64,000 bases of DNA from an uncultured Beijerinckia sp. (GTDB taxonomy: Bacteria > Pseudomonadota > Alphaproteobacteria > Rhizobiales > Beijerinckiaceae). The notes beneath the pieces were generated by a model, which worked only from the letters and a program-made list of their open reading frames with translations, did not search any database and was not told where the DNA came from. Both the position numbers and the translations under genes were made by a program. The stretch is taken from the NCBI GenBank assembly GCA_964534115.1, contig CAZHOK010000002.1, positions 2,622 through 66,621 of the forward strand, in the 5' to 3' direction. The first letter of the stretch is position 1; every line of letters starts with the position of its first letter. This document shows positions 1 through 8,873 of the stretch, piece after piece.

Positions 1-197
1 TCGGTCACCGCGTCGAACAGGGCCTCTTTCGACGGAAAATACCGATACACATTGCCATGCGACATGCCCGCGTCGCGCGCCACAGCGACAATCGTCAGGC
101 GCGCAGCTCCAAACCGCCGGACATGGTCGGCAGCGAGGTCGAGGATGCGCAAATCCACCGATTCGACGGAGGGCGAGGCTGGTTTGTGCTCTGGCAT
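1..197 (-). CDS. TetR/AcrR family transcriptional regulator (partial, runs off window start)
   Basis: Not in the ORF track. Manual translation from ATG at 197 gives MPEHKPASPSVESVDLRILDLAADHVRRFGAARLTIVAVARDAGMSHGNVYRYFPSKEALFDAV, a classic TetR helix-turn-helix. It starts 7 nt after the zapE stop. Confidence 0.85.
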   Translation of the reverse strand, partial: MPEHKPASPSVESVDLRILDLAADHVRRFGAARLTIVAVARDAGMSHGNVYRYFPSKEALFDAVT

Positions 198-204
198 ATT
201 CGCT

Positions 205-1383
205 TCAAGTCTCAACGAGGCCACTGGCCTGCCCTGAACCTTCCGATGTTCCGGACCCATGTGGCAAGGCCAGATATTCGGTAGAGCGCATTTCGATCAG
301 GCGCGAGACGGTACGATCGAACTGAAACGCCTCATGACCATTGCTGGCGAGATACAGGCCGGTCGGTTCTGCATCGGCCGAAGCGATCAGTTTGACGTGG
401 CGATCATAAAGCGCATCGATGAGGTTGATGAAACGCTTCGCCTCATTTCTTTTCCCCTCATCCATGACGGGAATTTGCTCGATGATCAGCGTGTGAAATT
501 CGCGCGCAAGTTCAAGGTAATCGGTCGCCCCAAGCGGCTGTTCGCACAGATCCGCAAAACGAAAACGCGCCACGCCGCCGGCTTGTTCGGGAACTTTTAC
601 CTTGCGACCCAAAACCTCCACGTCGCGAGACAGGCCCTTATCGGTTCCGGTGAGCTTTTTGAACATACGATCGATGTTTTGCTTCGCGTCTTTATCGGCA
701 GGCACATAATAGACATGCTCGTTCGAGAGCTTCTCAAGCCGGAAATCTGTGCGTGACTGAAGCTCGATCACATCCATCCGTTCTTGCAGAAGCTGGATAA
801 ACGGCACAAAGAGTGCCCGATTCAGTCCCTTTTCATAAAGTCGATCCGGCACAACATTGGAGGTTGCAACAACAACAACGCCTTGAGCAAAAAGCGCGGT
901 GAAAAGACGGCCAAGGATCATGGCATCGGCAATATCCGTCACAGCGAATTCATCGAAACAAAGCAATGCAGCCTTGCGCGCCAAATCATTGGCGACAGGC
1001 GTGATCGGATCTTCGCCCTTGACCTCGCCCTTCTTCAGTCGCTGACGATAATCATGAATACGTGCGTGAACATCCGCCATAAAGGCGTGAAAATGGACCC
1101 GCCTTTTCCGCTGGATTGGCACGGCCTCGAAGAAGAGATCCATGAGCATGGTTTTGCCGCGCCCGACCGAACCCCAGACATAGAGTCCGCGAAACGGAGG
1201 CGATTTGTGCTTTCGGCTGAAAAGGCGCCGAATGGCCGAACCCTGACCGGGCAGGCGATAATCGCGCAGGCGTCGCGCCAGACCATCAAGCTGGCCAAGC
1301 GCCTCCTCCTGCGCCGGATCGCATTCGATCGAACCCGAGGCGACGAGATCGTAATAAAGATCGAAGACGGTAGGTCCGGTCAC
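205..1383 (-). CDS. zapE: Cell division protein ZapE (AFG1-like ATPase)
   Basis: GLYVWGSVGRGKTMLMDLF Walker A, RVHFHAFM and CFDEFAVTDIADAMIL Walker B, and FDRTVSRLIEM, all AFG1/ZapE hallmarks. Confidence 0.92.
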   Translation of the reverse strand: MTGPTVFDLYYDLVASGSIECDPAQEEALGQLDGLARRLRDYRLPGQGSAIRRLFSRKHKSPPFRGLYVWGSVGRGKTMLMDLFFEAVPIQRKRRVHFHAFMADVHARIHDYRQRLKKGEVKGEDPITPVANDLARKAALLCFDEFAVTDIADAMILGRLFTALFAQGVVVVATSNVVPDRLYEKGLNRALFVPFIQLLQERMDVIELQSRTDFRLEKLSNEHVYYVPADKDAKQNIDRMFKKLTGTDKGLSRDVEVLGRKVKVPEQAGGVARFRFADLCEQPLGATDYLELAREFHTLIIEQIPVMDEGKRNEAKRFINLIDALYDRHVKLIASADAEPTGLYLASNGHEAFQFDRTVSRLIEMRSTEYLALPHGSGTSEGSGQASGLVET

Positions 1384-1438
1384 GGGCGCGTCCTGCTTGT
1401 CTGCCGCTCAAGTAACGGCGCACAGGCCGCCGTGCAAG

Positions 1439-1472
1439 AAAAAGGGCCGGCGCATGAAATGTCGCCGGCCCC
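1439..1472 (-). terminator. Rho-independent terminator after sdhB
   Basis: 9-bp stem GGGCCGGCG/CGCCGGCCC (1444-1452/1463-1471) followed on the minus strand by a T-run. Confidence 0.7.
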
Positions 1473-1496
1473 TGAACTTGGTCGCCAATCGAAGCC

Positions 1497-2206
1497 TCAG
1501 CTCTGACGGGAGATCATCATATTCTTGATTTCGGCAATCGCCTTGGCCGGATTCAAACCCTTCGGGCATGCCTTGGCGCAATTCATGATCGTGTGGCAGC
1601 GATAGAGCCGGAAGGGATCTTCCAGATTATCGAGACGCTGGCCGGTTGCCTCATCGCGCGAATCGATCAGCCAGCGATAGGCCTGAAGAAGCGCCGCGGG
1701 GCCAAGATAACGATCGCCATTCCACCAATAGCTCGGGCAGGATGTCGAGCAGCAGGCGCACAGAATGCACTCATACAGGCCATCGAGCTTGTAGCGATCT
1801 TCCGGCGATTGCTTCCATTCTGCTTCCGGCTGCGGCGTATCGGTCTGCAGCCAGGGCTCGATGGAGGCGTGCTGCGCATAAAAGCGCGTCAGATCGGGCA
1901 CGAGATCCTTCACCACCGGCATATGCGGCAGCGGATAAATCTTCACCGTTCCCTTGATGTCCTTCATGTCCTTCGTGCAGGCCAGCGTATTCGTGCCATC
2001 TTGTTCTTGATGTAGAGAACGGCGTCGAGAACCATCGGGCCGCAATCGTCCATATCGACATAATAAGTATCGATACGTGGATTGGCGCCATCGTCCGGAT
2101 TCCAGCGATAGATGCGGAATTCGCGGAGATTGGTCGCACCCTGCGGCTTCGCCCAGGTCTTGCCCTCGGTCGGTCGTGAATTCTTCGGAAGAGCCAGTTC
2201 AACCAT
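1497..2206 (-). pseudogene. sdhB: Succinate dehydrogenase iron-sulfur subunit, disrupted by a ~70-nt deletion/frameshift at ~1998-2001 (real or assembly artefact)
   Basis: The N-terminal part [10 protein letters not shown]...[13 protein letters not shown] (ATG 2206) and the C-terminal part DGTNTLAC...[17 protein letters not shown]...[17 protein letters not shown] lie in different frames. The usual intervening IDPTLTFRRSCREGxCGSCAMNI segment is absent from the DNA. Confidence 0.85.
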
Positions 2207-2281
2207 TGATTCTCTCTCGAACCTGCAGCGGGAAAGGATGACCTTTCCCGCAATCATTGCATGACGTGCCTCAAACGCAGC

Positions 2282-4099
2282 TTAGTAAACGCGCGCCTTC
2301 GGCTCGATATAGGGAACCTCGTTGCTCATCGTGTAGGTGTGCACGGGGCGATAATCGATATCGACGTTCTTCTTCTGATCGTCGAGGTAGGACAAAGTGT
2401 GCTTCATCCAGGTCTTGTCATCGCGATCGGGGAAATCCTCGCGCGCATGAGCGCCGCGGCTTTCCTGACGATTGAGCGCCGAATCCATTGTCACGACGGC
2501 CTGGACGAGCAGATTGTCGAATTCAAGCGTCTCGATGAGATCTGAATTCCAGACGAGCGAACGGTCGGTGATGCCGATGTCCGGCAAACCATTCTTCCAG
2601 ACTTCATGGATGAGCTTGGAGCCTTCCTCGAGAATTTCGCCGGTGCGGAACACGGCGCAATTGCTCTGCATCGTCTGCTGCATCTTGTCACGCAACACTG
2701 CGGTCGGCGTGCCGCCCTTGGCGTTGCGATAATGATCGAGGCGCGAGAGCGACAGATCGGCCGAATCCTTCGGCAGTTCCGCCTGCTTCTCGCCGGGCTT
2801 GACAATCTCGGCAGCGCGCAGACCAGCCGCGCGACCGAAAACGACCAGATCGATCAGCGAATTCGAACCCAGACGGTTCGCACCATGGATCGACACGCAA
2901 GCCGCTTCGCCTAGCGCCATCAGCCCGGGGACGATGCAATCAGGATCGCCGTTCTTCTTGGTCAGAACTTCGCCGTGATAATTGGTCGGAATGCCGCCCA
3001 TATTGTAATGGACGGTCGGAATCACGGGGATCGGTTCCTTCGTCACATCGACACCGGCGAAGATACGCGCGCTTTCCGAAATACCCGGGAGCCGCTCGTG
3101 CAGCATCTTCGGATCAAGATGATCGAGATGCAGGAATATGTGGTCCTTGTTCTTGCCGACACCGCGACCTTCGCGAATTTCGATCGTCATGGCGCGCGAA
3201 ACGACATCGCGCGAAGCAAGGTCCTTGGCAGAGGGTGCATAACGCTCCATGAAGCGTTCGCCATTCGCATTGGTGACATAACCGCCTTCGCCGCGTGCAC
3301 CTTCGGTGATCAGGCAGCCTGAACCATAAATGCCTGTCGGATGGAATTGCACAAATTCCATATCCTGCAGCGGCAGGCCGGCACGCAGCACCATCGCATT
3401 GCCATCGCCCGTGCAGGTATGCGCGGACGTGGCCGAGAAATAGGCGCGTCCGTAACCGCCAGTGGCGAGGATAACAAGATTGGCGCGGAAACGATGGATG
3501 GAGCCATCGTCCATCTTCATGCAGACGACACCGCGGCAACGACCTTCCTGATCCATGATCAGATCGATCGCAAAATATTCGATGAAAAACTCGGTCTTGT
3601 TGCGCAGAGCCTGACCATAGAGCGTGTGCAGGATGGCGTGGCCCGTACGATCGGCTGCAGCGCAGGTGCGCAGAGCCTGGCCCTGACCGTAATTGGTGGT
3701 CATGCCACCAAACGGACGCTGATAGATTTTGCCTTCCTCAGTACGCGAGAAAGGCACGCCCCAATGTTCCAGCTCATAGACGGCGGCCGGTGCATTGCGG
3801 CACAAATATTCGATTGCATCCTGGTCGCCGAGCCAGTCGGACCCCTTGACGGTGTCATACATATGCCAGCGCCAATCGTCCTCGCCCATATTGCCGAGCG
3901 CTGCGGAAATGCCGCCTTGCGCCGCCACCGTATGCGAGCGGGTCGGAAAGACCTTGGAGATACATGCGGTGCGAAGCCCCGCCTGCGAACAGCCGACGGT
4001 AGCGCGGAGGCCAGCGCCGCCGGCGCCGACGACAACAACGTCGAACGTATGGTCCGTGACAGAATAAGTGGGACCGGCGTTGCCGTTTGTGGATGCCAT
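2282..4099 (-). CDS. sdhA: Succinate dehydrogenase flavoprotein subunit
   Basis: [12 protein letters not shown] motif, [10 protein letters not shown] covalent-FAD His motif, [14 protein letters not shown] and ESRGAH. ATG at 4099 (the track uses TTG at 4105). Confidence 0.97.
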   Translation of the reverse strand: MASTNGNAGPTYSVTDHTFDVVVVGAGGAGLRATVGCSQAGLRTACISKVFPTRSHTVAAQGGISAALGNMGEDDWRWHMYDTVKGSDWLGDQDAIEYLCRNAPAAVYELEHWGVPFSRTEEGKIYQRPFGGMTTNYGQGQALRTCAAADRTGHAILHTLYGQALRNKTEFFIEYFAIDLIMDQEGRCRGVVCMKMDDGSIHRFRANLVILATGGYGRAYFSATSAHTCTGDGNAMVLRAGLPLQDMEFVQFHPTGIYGSGCLITEGARGEGGYVTNANGERFMERYAPSAKDLASRDVVSRAMTIEIREGRGVGKNKDHIFLHLDHLDPKMLHERLPGISESARIFAGVDVTKEPIPVIPTVHYNMGGIPTNYHGEVLTKKNGDPDCIVPGLMALGEAACVSIHGANRLGSNSLIDLVVFGRAAGLRAAEIVKPGEKQAELPKDSADLSLSRLDHYRNAKGGTPTAVLRDKMQQTMQSNCAVFRTGEILEEGSKLIHEVWKNGLPDIGITDRSLVWNSDLIETLEFDNLLVQAVVTMDSALNRQESRGAHAREDFPDRDDKTWMKHTLSYLDDQKKNVDIDYRPVHTYTMSNEVPYIEPKARVY

Positions 4100-4145
4100 T
4101 TTCAATGACCTTTCGACGAAGCTTGGGGCTTGAACGCCGCGGATG

Positions 4146-4538
4146 TCAGGTAAAGCTCAGACGGAGCACCGCATAAACGGTGGCCAGCCCAATGCATGCG
4201 GAGAAGAAAGTATTTGCCATGAGCGCCAACGTCTTTGACGCTTCGCCATGGACATAGTCCTCGATGATCGTCTGCATGCCGAGCATCATGTGATAGATGC
4301 TGGAGAGCAGAAAAAGGATCATCACGATCGCAATGACCGGAGAGCCGAGCGCATCGTGGACGGTGTTGTAGTCCTTGCCGACCAGCGACAGAATAATCCA
4401 CACGAAAGCAATCGTCAGCGGCACAAGCGCATAAGATGTCAGACGCATATGCCAAGCATGGTGCGTGCCTGACTTTGCCGAGCCGAGATATCTGACCTGG
4501 CGTGTGGTGGTGCGCATGGAATTAGGATTGTTGGACAT
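4146..4538 (-). CDS. sdhD: Succinate dehydrogenase hydrophobic membrane anchor
   Basis: [18 protein letters not shown][15 protein letters not shown], and position in sdhCDAB. Confidence 0.93.
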   Translation of the reverse strand: MSNNPNSMRTTTRQVRYLGSAKSGTHHAWHMRLTSYALVPLTIAFVWIILSLVGKDYNTVHDALGSPVIAIVMILFLLSSIYHMMLGMQTIIEDYVHGEASKTLALMANTFFSACIGLATVYAVLRLSFT

Positions 4539-4556
4539 GTCTTCCTCTCATCCCCC

Positions 4557-4970
4557 TCAGCGGACCATGTAGGCGATGACCCAGACGGCAACGCTCAGCA
4601 CGAAACCGCCGATCAAAGTCGCTTGGGCAAGATATTCGCGCTCTGGATGCTCCATGCCGCGACCCGTATCCCAGATGAAGTGGCGAATGCCGCCAAACAG
4701 GTGGTGAAAAAGGGCCCAGGTGAAGCCGAACAGCACAATCCGGCCGGGGAAAGACATCAGGACGCCATTTGCGGTGTCAAAAGCGCGGGCATCGGTCGAA
4801 GCGGCGATGAGCCACCATGCCAGCAGGATCGTGCCGAAATAGAGACCCGCGCCCGTGATTCGATGCATGATCGACATCATCATCGTCAACATCGGACGAT
4901 AAATCTGCAGGTGGGGGGACAAGGGCCGGCTCGCCTCAGAGGAGACGGGACGGGTTTTGGCCTCTGCCAT
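4557..4970 (-). CDS. sdhC: Succinate dehydrogenase cytochrome b556 subunit
   Basis: RPLSPHLQIY, SIMHRITG and HHLFGGIRHFIWD motifs. Confidence 0.95.
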   Translation of the reverse strand: MAEAKTRPVSSEASRPLSPHLQIYRPMLTMMMSIMHRITGAGLYFGTILLAWWLIAASTDARAFDTANGVLMSFPGRIVLFGFTWALFHHLFGGIRHFIWDTGRGMEHPEREYLAQATLIGGFVLSVAVWVIAYMVR

Positions 4971-5050
4971 TGATCTGCCCTCTTCTTGGTTGTCGGCGTT
5001 TCACTAAAGGAAGAAGCACAACCGTGCAACATTCGAGAGCTTGCCGTGTA

Positions 5051-5749
5051 CTAAGTTCCTGATCCCTTAAGCGCTGCGAGCAAACGCAGAGCATCGGGAG
5101 AATCCCAGGCGGCAGCTCCTGCGAGCTGGCCAAGTTCACACCCATTTCTGTCAATCAGAATTGTCGTCGGCAACCCGACGACCTTACCGGCACGCTTGAG
5201 AACCTGAAAAACATCGGCGGTCGGATCGGCATAAAAGCGCAAGGACGTCGCGCCGATTTCTGTCAGGAATTGCTGACGACGCTCAAGCCGCGCCGTATCG
5301 ATATTGACGGCGACAACTTCAAAGTCCGGCCCCCCGATCTGCGTCTGCAAACGGTCGAGGGCGGGCATTTCCTCGCGACACGGCACACACCAGGTTGCCC
5401 AAAGATTGAGAAGGACAGCCCGGCCCCGAAAGTCCGACAAACGCATCTTCTGGCCATCTGGCCCCTCAAAGGCGATATCGATCGTGGTCTTGGGGGCCTT
5501 GGTGGCGTTGAAAGCTGCCAATTCACCAGTGGCGGCTGCCGAGAGCGCCGGGTAAAGGGCCGCTGACGCTGCGCAGCTTTTTTCGTCCGACTTGGCTGTT
5601 TCCTTGCCCGGAAGCCCGCTCATCCCGTATAGGACCGCAACAGACAGGGCGAGCACCGCCAAGGACGCGAAGCCAAGAGCGGGACCATATTTCCGCAAGG
5701 GCGAATGCGACTTCGGACTTGCCTCGGGGCTGTCAGGGCCGGAATTCAT
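5051..5749 (-). CDS. tlpA: TlpA-family thiol:disulfide interchange protein (membrane-anchored thioredoxin)
   Basis: N-terminal TM helix, LLNLWATWCVPCREEMPAL CxxC motif and GLPTTILID. Divergent from argH, as in rhizobia. Confidence 0.85.
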   Translation of the reverse strand: MNSGPDSPEASPKSHSPLRKYGPALGFASLAVLALSVAVLYGMSGLPGKETAKSDEKSCAASAALYPALSAAATGELAAFNATKAPKTTIDIAFEGPDGQKMRLSDFRGRAVLLNLWATWCVPCREEMPALDRLQTQIGGPDFEVVAVNIDTARLERRQQFLTEIGATSLRFYADPTADVFQVLKRAGKVVGLPTTILIDRNGCELGQLAGAAAWDSPDALRLLAALKGSGT

Positions 5750-5790
5750 GCTGGTGATTTCTCCGCAAGGGCACCGTTCGAGGGCACACG

Positions 5791-7188
5791 ATGAGCAACA
5801 AAATGTGGGGCGGTCGGTTTGCGAACGGCCCCGATGCGATCATGGAGGAGATAAACGCCTCCATCGGTTTCGACTATAGGTTTGCCGCCCAGGATATCCG
5901 CGGCTCTTTGGCTCATGTCGCCATGCTCGCCGAGCAGGGGATCATCGACAGGGACGCCGAAAAAGCGATTACCGCAGGTCTAGAACAGGTCCGCCGCGAA
6001 ATCGAGGCAGGAACCTTCACCTTCTCGCGGGCGCTCGAAGACATTCATATGAATGTCGAATCGCGGCTGGCAGAGATCGTCGGCCCAAATGCCGGGCGCC
6101 TTCACACGGCCCGTTCACGCAACGATCAGGTCGCGCTCGATTTCCGGCTCTGGATCCGGGACACAATCGATCAGCTGGATGAGCAATTGCGGGATCTGCA
6201 GACGGCGATGGCTCAACGCGCCCTCGATTTTGCAGCCGCCGTCATGCCGGGATTCACCCATCTGCAATCGGCACAGCCGGTCACCCTCGGCCATCACCTC
6301 ATGGCCTATGTGGAAATGCTCGGCCGCGATCGCGGCCGGCTCGCCGATGCGCGCCGCCGCCTGAATGAATGCCCGTTGGGAGCCGCCGCGCTCGCCGGTA
6401 CATCTTTCCCGATCGATCGGACCCAAACCGCGCGGGCTTTGGGTTTTGACCGGCCGACCGCCAATTCGCTCGACAGCGTCTCGGACCGGGATTTTGTTCT
6501 GGAGACGCTTTCCGCAGCATCGATTTGCGCCGTTCATCTCTCTCGATTCGCTGAAGAAATCGTGCTCTGGACGACACCGCAATTCGGTTTTGTGAGCCTG
6601 TCGGACAAGTTCACCACGGGCTCGTCCATCATGCCGCAAAAGCGCAATCCGGATGCCGCCGAACTCGTCCGGGGCAAGTCCGGCCGGGTGATTGGCGCCC
6701 TGACCGGCCTTTTGATCGTCATGAAGGGCCTGCCGCTGGCCTATTCCAAGGACATGCAGGAGGACAAGGAAGGGACCTTCGATGCCCTCCAGTCGCTCTC
6801 GCTTTGCATTGCCGCCATGGCGGGCATGGTCCGCGACATGAGCCCGGACCTGAAACGCATGAAAGCAGCGGCAGGAAGCGGGTACGCGATCGCCACCGAC
6901 CTGGCCGACTGGCTCGTGCGGGCACTCAACATGCCATTTCGAGACGCCCACCACGTGACCGGCCGATTGGTCGCCATGGCTGCGGAGCGAAAAATCCCCT
7001 TGGAAAAACTGTCGCTTACGGACATGCAATCGGTGGATCCCCGCATCACGCCGGCTGTTCATGACGTCCTCGGCGTTGAAAAATCGGTGCGCAGCCGGAC
7101 CAGCCTAGGCGGAACCTCGCCTTCAAACGTCAAAAACCAGGCCCGCAGCTGGCTCAAAAGACTGGCAAAGGAAATGGCCAAGGCGTGA
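5791..7188 (+). CDS. argH: Argininosuccinate lyase
   Basis: [45 protein letters not shown] signature and [10 protein letters not shown]. Confidence 0.97.
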   Translation: MSNKMWGGRFANGPDAIMEEINASIGFDYRFAAQDIRGSLAHVAMLAEQGIIDRDAEKAITAGLEQVRREIEAGTFTFSRALEDIHMNVESRLAEIVGPNAGRLHTARSRNDQVALDFRLWIRDTIDQLDEQLRDLQTAMAQRALDFAAAVMPGFTHLQSAQPVTLGHHLMAYVEMLGRDRGRLADARRRLNECPLGAAALAGTSFPIDRTQTARALGFDRPTANSLDSVSDRDFVLETLSAASICAVHLSRFAEEIVLWTTPQFGFVSLSDKFTTGSSIMPQKRNPDAAELVRGKSGRVIGALTGLLIVMKGLPLAYSKDMQEDKEGTFDALQSLSLCIAAMAGMVRDMSPDLKRMKAAAGSGYAIATDLADWLVRALNMPFRDAHHVTGRLVAMAAERKIPLEKLSLTDMQSVDPRITPAVHDVLGVEKSVRSRTSLGGTSPSNVKNQARSWLKRLAKEMAKA

Positions 7189-7281
7189 CAAAAAGCCACA
7201 GGCGGCCGGCCTATTCATGCGATGGGCGCACCCGCGTCTTCGCAAATCCGGTATAGTGCCTGGGTTGCTCAGGAGTGCTTC

Positions 7282-7524
7282 GTGAAATCGAACCAAACAC
7301 CACGGCGGATCGGAATCCTCGGGCTTGTCGCCCTGACTGGCCTCGCGCTCGCAGCCTGCGGGCGGAAAGGCGACCTCGAAGCGCCGCCAGGCTCGCTGCC
7401 CGCACCTGAGCAAACGGATGACAATCGCATCGGATCGGCGACAGCCACCGACGGTTCAGCCCCTGTTCGTCGCGGCAGGATCGTGCCGCCGCGCGAACCA
7501 TTCATTCTCGACCGAATCCTCTGA
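7282..7524 (+). CDS. Small lipoprotein, LppL/YifL(LptM)-like
   Basis: GTG at 7282 after AGGAG, lipobox LAA-C followed by GRKGDLEAP, and position between argH and lysA. Confidence 0.75.
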   Translation: MKSNQTPRRIGILGLVALTGLALAACGRKGDLEAPPGSLPAPEQTDDNRIGSATATDGSAPVRRGRIVPPREPFILDRIL

Positions 7525-7536
7525 GGCAGAACATCC

Positions 7537-8805
7537 ATGCGTCATTTCGAATATCGCAGCGGCGTCTTTCACGCCGAGGATGTGAACCTGCATGACATTG
7601 CCCGCAGCGTCGGCACGCCATTTTATTGCTATTCCCGCGCGACGCTGACGCGTCATTACCGCGTTTTCTCGCAAGCGCTCGCAGGACTTGATGCGCTGGT
7701 CTGCTTTGCGATGAAGTCCAATTCCAATCAGGCCGTGCTGAAAGTTTTCGCATCGCTGGGCGCTGGCATGGATGTCGTCTCAGAGGGCGAATTGCGACGG
7801 GCCCTGGCTGCCGGCGTTCCAGGCGAGCGCATTACATTTTCTGGTGTCGGCAAAACGGCTCGTGAGATTGAATGCGCTCTCGACGCCAGAATTCTGTGCT
7901 TCAATGTCGAATCGGAACCAGAGCTCGACGCAATATCGGAAATCGCAGCAAAACGAGGCGAAAAGGCCCCAATCTCGATCCGCGTCAACCCCGATGTCGA
8001 TGCGCGCACGCATGCAAAAATCTCGACCGGAAAATCAGAAAATAAATTCGGCATTCCGATTTCGCGCGCCCGCAGCGTTTATGCGCATGCAGCGAAACTG
8101 CCGGGCATTCATGTCAGCGGTGTCGATATGCATATCGGCTCCCAGATCACCGATCTTCAACCTTTCGACGATGCCTTTGCACTTCTTTCCGACTTCGTTG
8201 CGGTTTTGCGCGCCGACGGTCACAAGATCGATCATGTCGATCTGGGCGGCGGACTGGGAATTCCTTACCGCGCGTCTGATGATCCTGCGAGCTATCATCC
8301 GGAACGATATGCAGAGGTCGTCCGCAAGCATGCCGGCAAGCTCGGCTGCAAACTGGTCTTCGAACCGGGTCGCCTGCTGGTCGGCAATGCCGGCATTCTC
8401 GTGACCGAGGTGATCTATGTGAAACATGGCGAGGGCAAACAATTTGTCATCGTCGATGCTGCCATGAACGATCTCATTCGGCCGACGCTTTATGAAGCTC
8501 ATCATGACGTCATGCCGGTGCGGCAAGATACAGGGCGCCCAATAATCCGGGCCGATATTGTCGGGCCTGTCTGCGAAACCGGCGATTATCTGGCTCTGGG
8601 CCGCGACATGGCAGAGCCACGGCCCGGCGAATTGCTCGCGATCATGTCGGCGGGCGCCTATGGGGCCGTGCAGGCGGGAACATATAATTCGCGCCTGTTG
8701 GTGCCCGAAGTGCTTGTCGATGGAGACCGATGGGCGGTCATCAGACCGCGCGGCTCTTACGAGGAGTTGATCGGTCTGGACAAGATTCCGCCGTGGCTTG
8801 CGTGA
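7537..8805 (+). CDS. lysA: Diaminopimelate decarboxylase
   Basis: CFAMKSNSN (PLP Lys), DVVSEGE, HIGSQI, DLGGGLG, EPGR and GPVCETGD. Confidence 0.96.
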   Translation: MRHFEYRSGVFHAEDVNLHDIARSVGTPFYCYSRATLTRHYRVFSQALAGLDALVCFAMKSNSNQAVLKVFASLGAGMDVVSEGELRRALAAGVPGERITFSGVGKTAREIECALDARILCFNVESEPELDAISEIAAKRGEKAPISIRVNPDVDARTHAKISTGKSENKFGIPISRARSVYAHAAKLPGIHVSGVDMHIGSQITDLQPFDDAFALLSDFVAVLRADGHKIDHVDLGGGLGIPYRASDDPASYHPERYAEVVRKHAGKLGCKLVFEPGRLLVGNAGILVTEVIYVKHGEGKQFVIVDAAMNDLIRPTLYEAHHDVMPVRQDTGRPIIRADIVGPVCETGDYLALGRDMAEPRPGELLAIMSAGAYGAVQAGTYNSRLLVPEVLVDGDRWAVIRPRGSYEELIGLDKIPPWLA

Positions 8806-8873
8806 ATGACAGGACTTCAGCCGGTTTGCGGACTGGAATGCGCGCGCAGGCGTGCTAGCTTTCTCTTATCGAA

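Noticed and set aside
1964-2045. Programmed ribosomal frameshift rescuing sdhB
   Set aside because: About 23 codons including the Cys ligands are physically missing and no slippery heptamer is evident, so recoding could not restore the protein.
784-7062. Long antisense ORFs in the track (784-1506, 3341-4108, 6115-7062; also 54945-55835)
   Set aside because: They are shadows of GC-rich real genes (zapE, sdhA, argH, ftsK) with no recognisable motifs.
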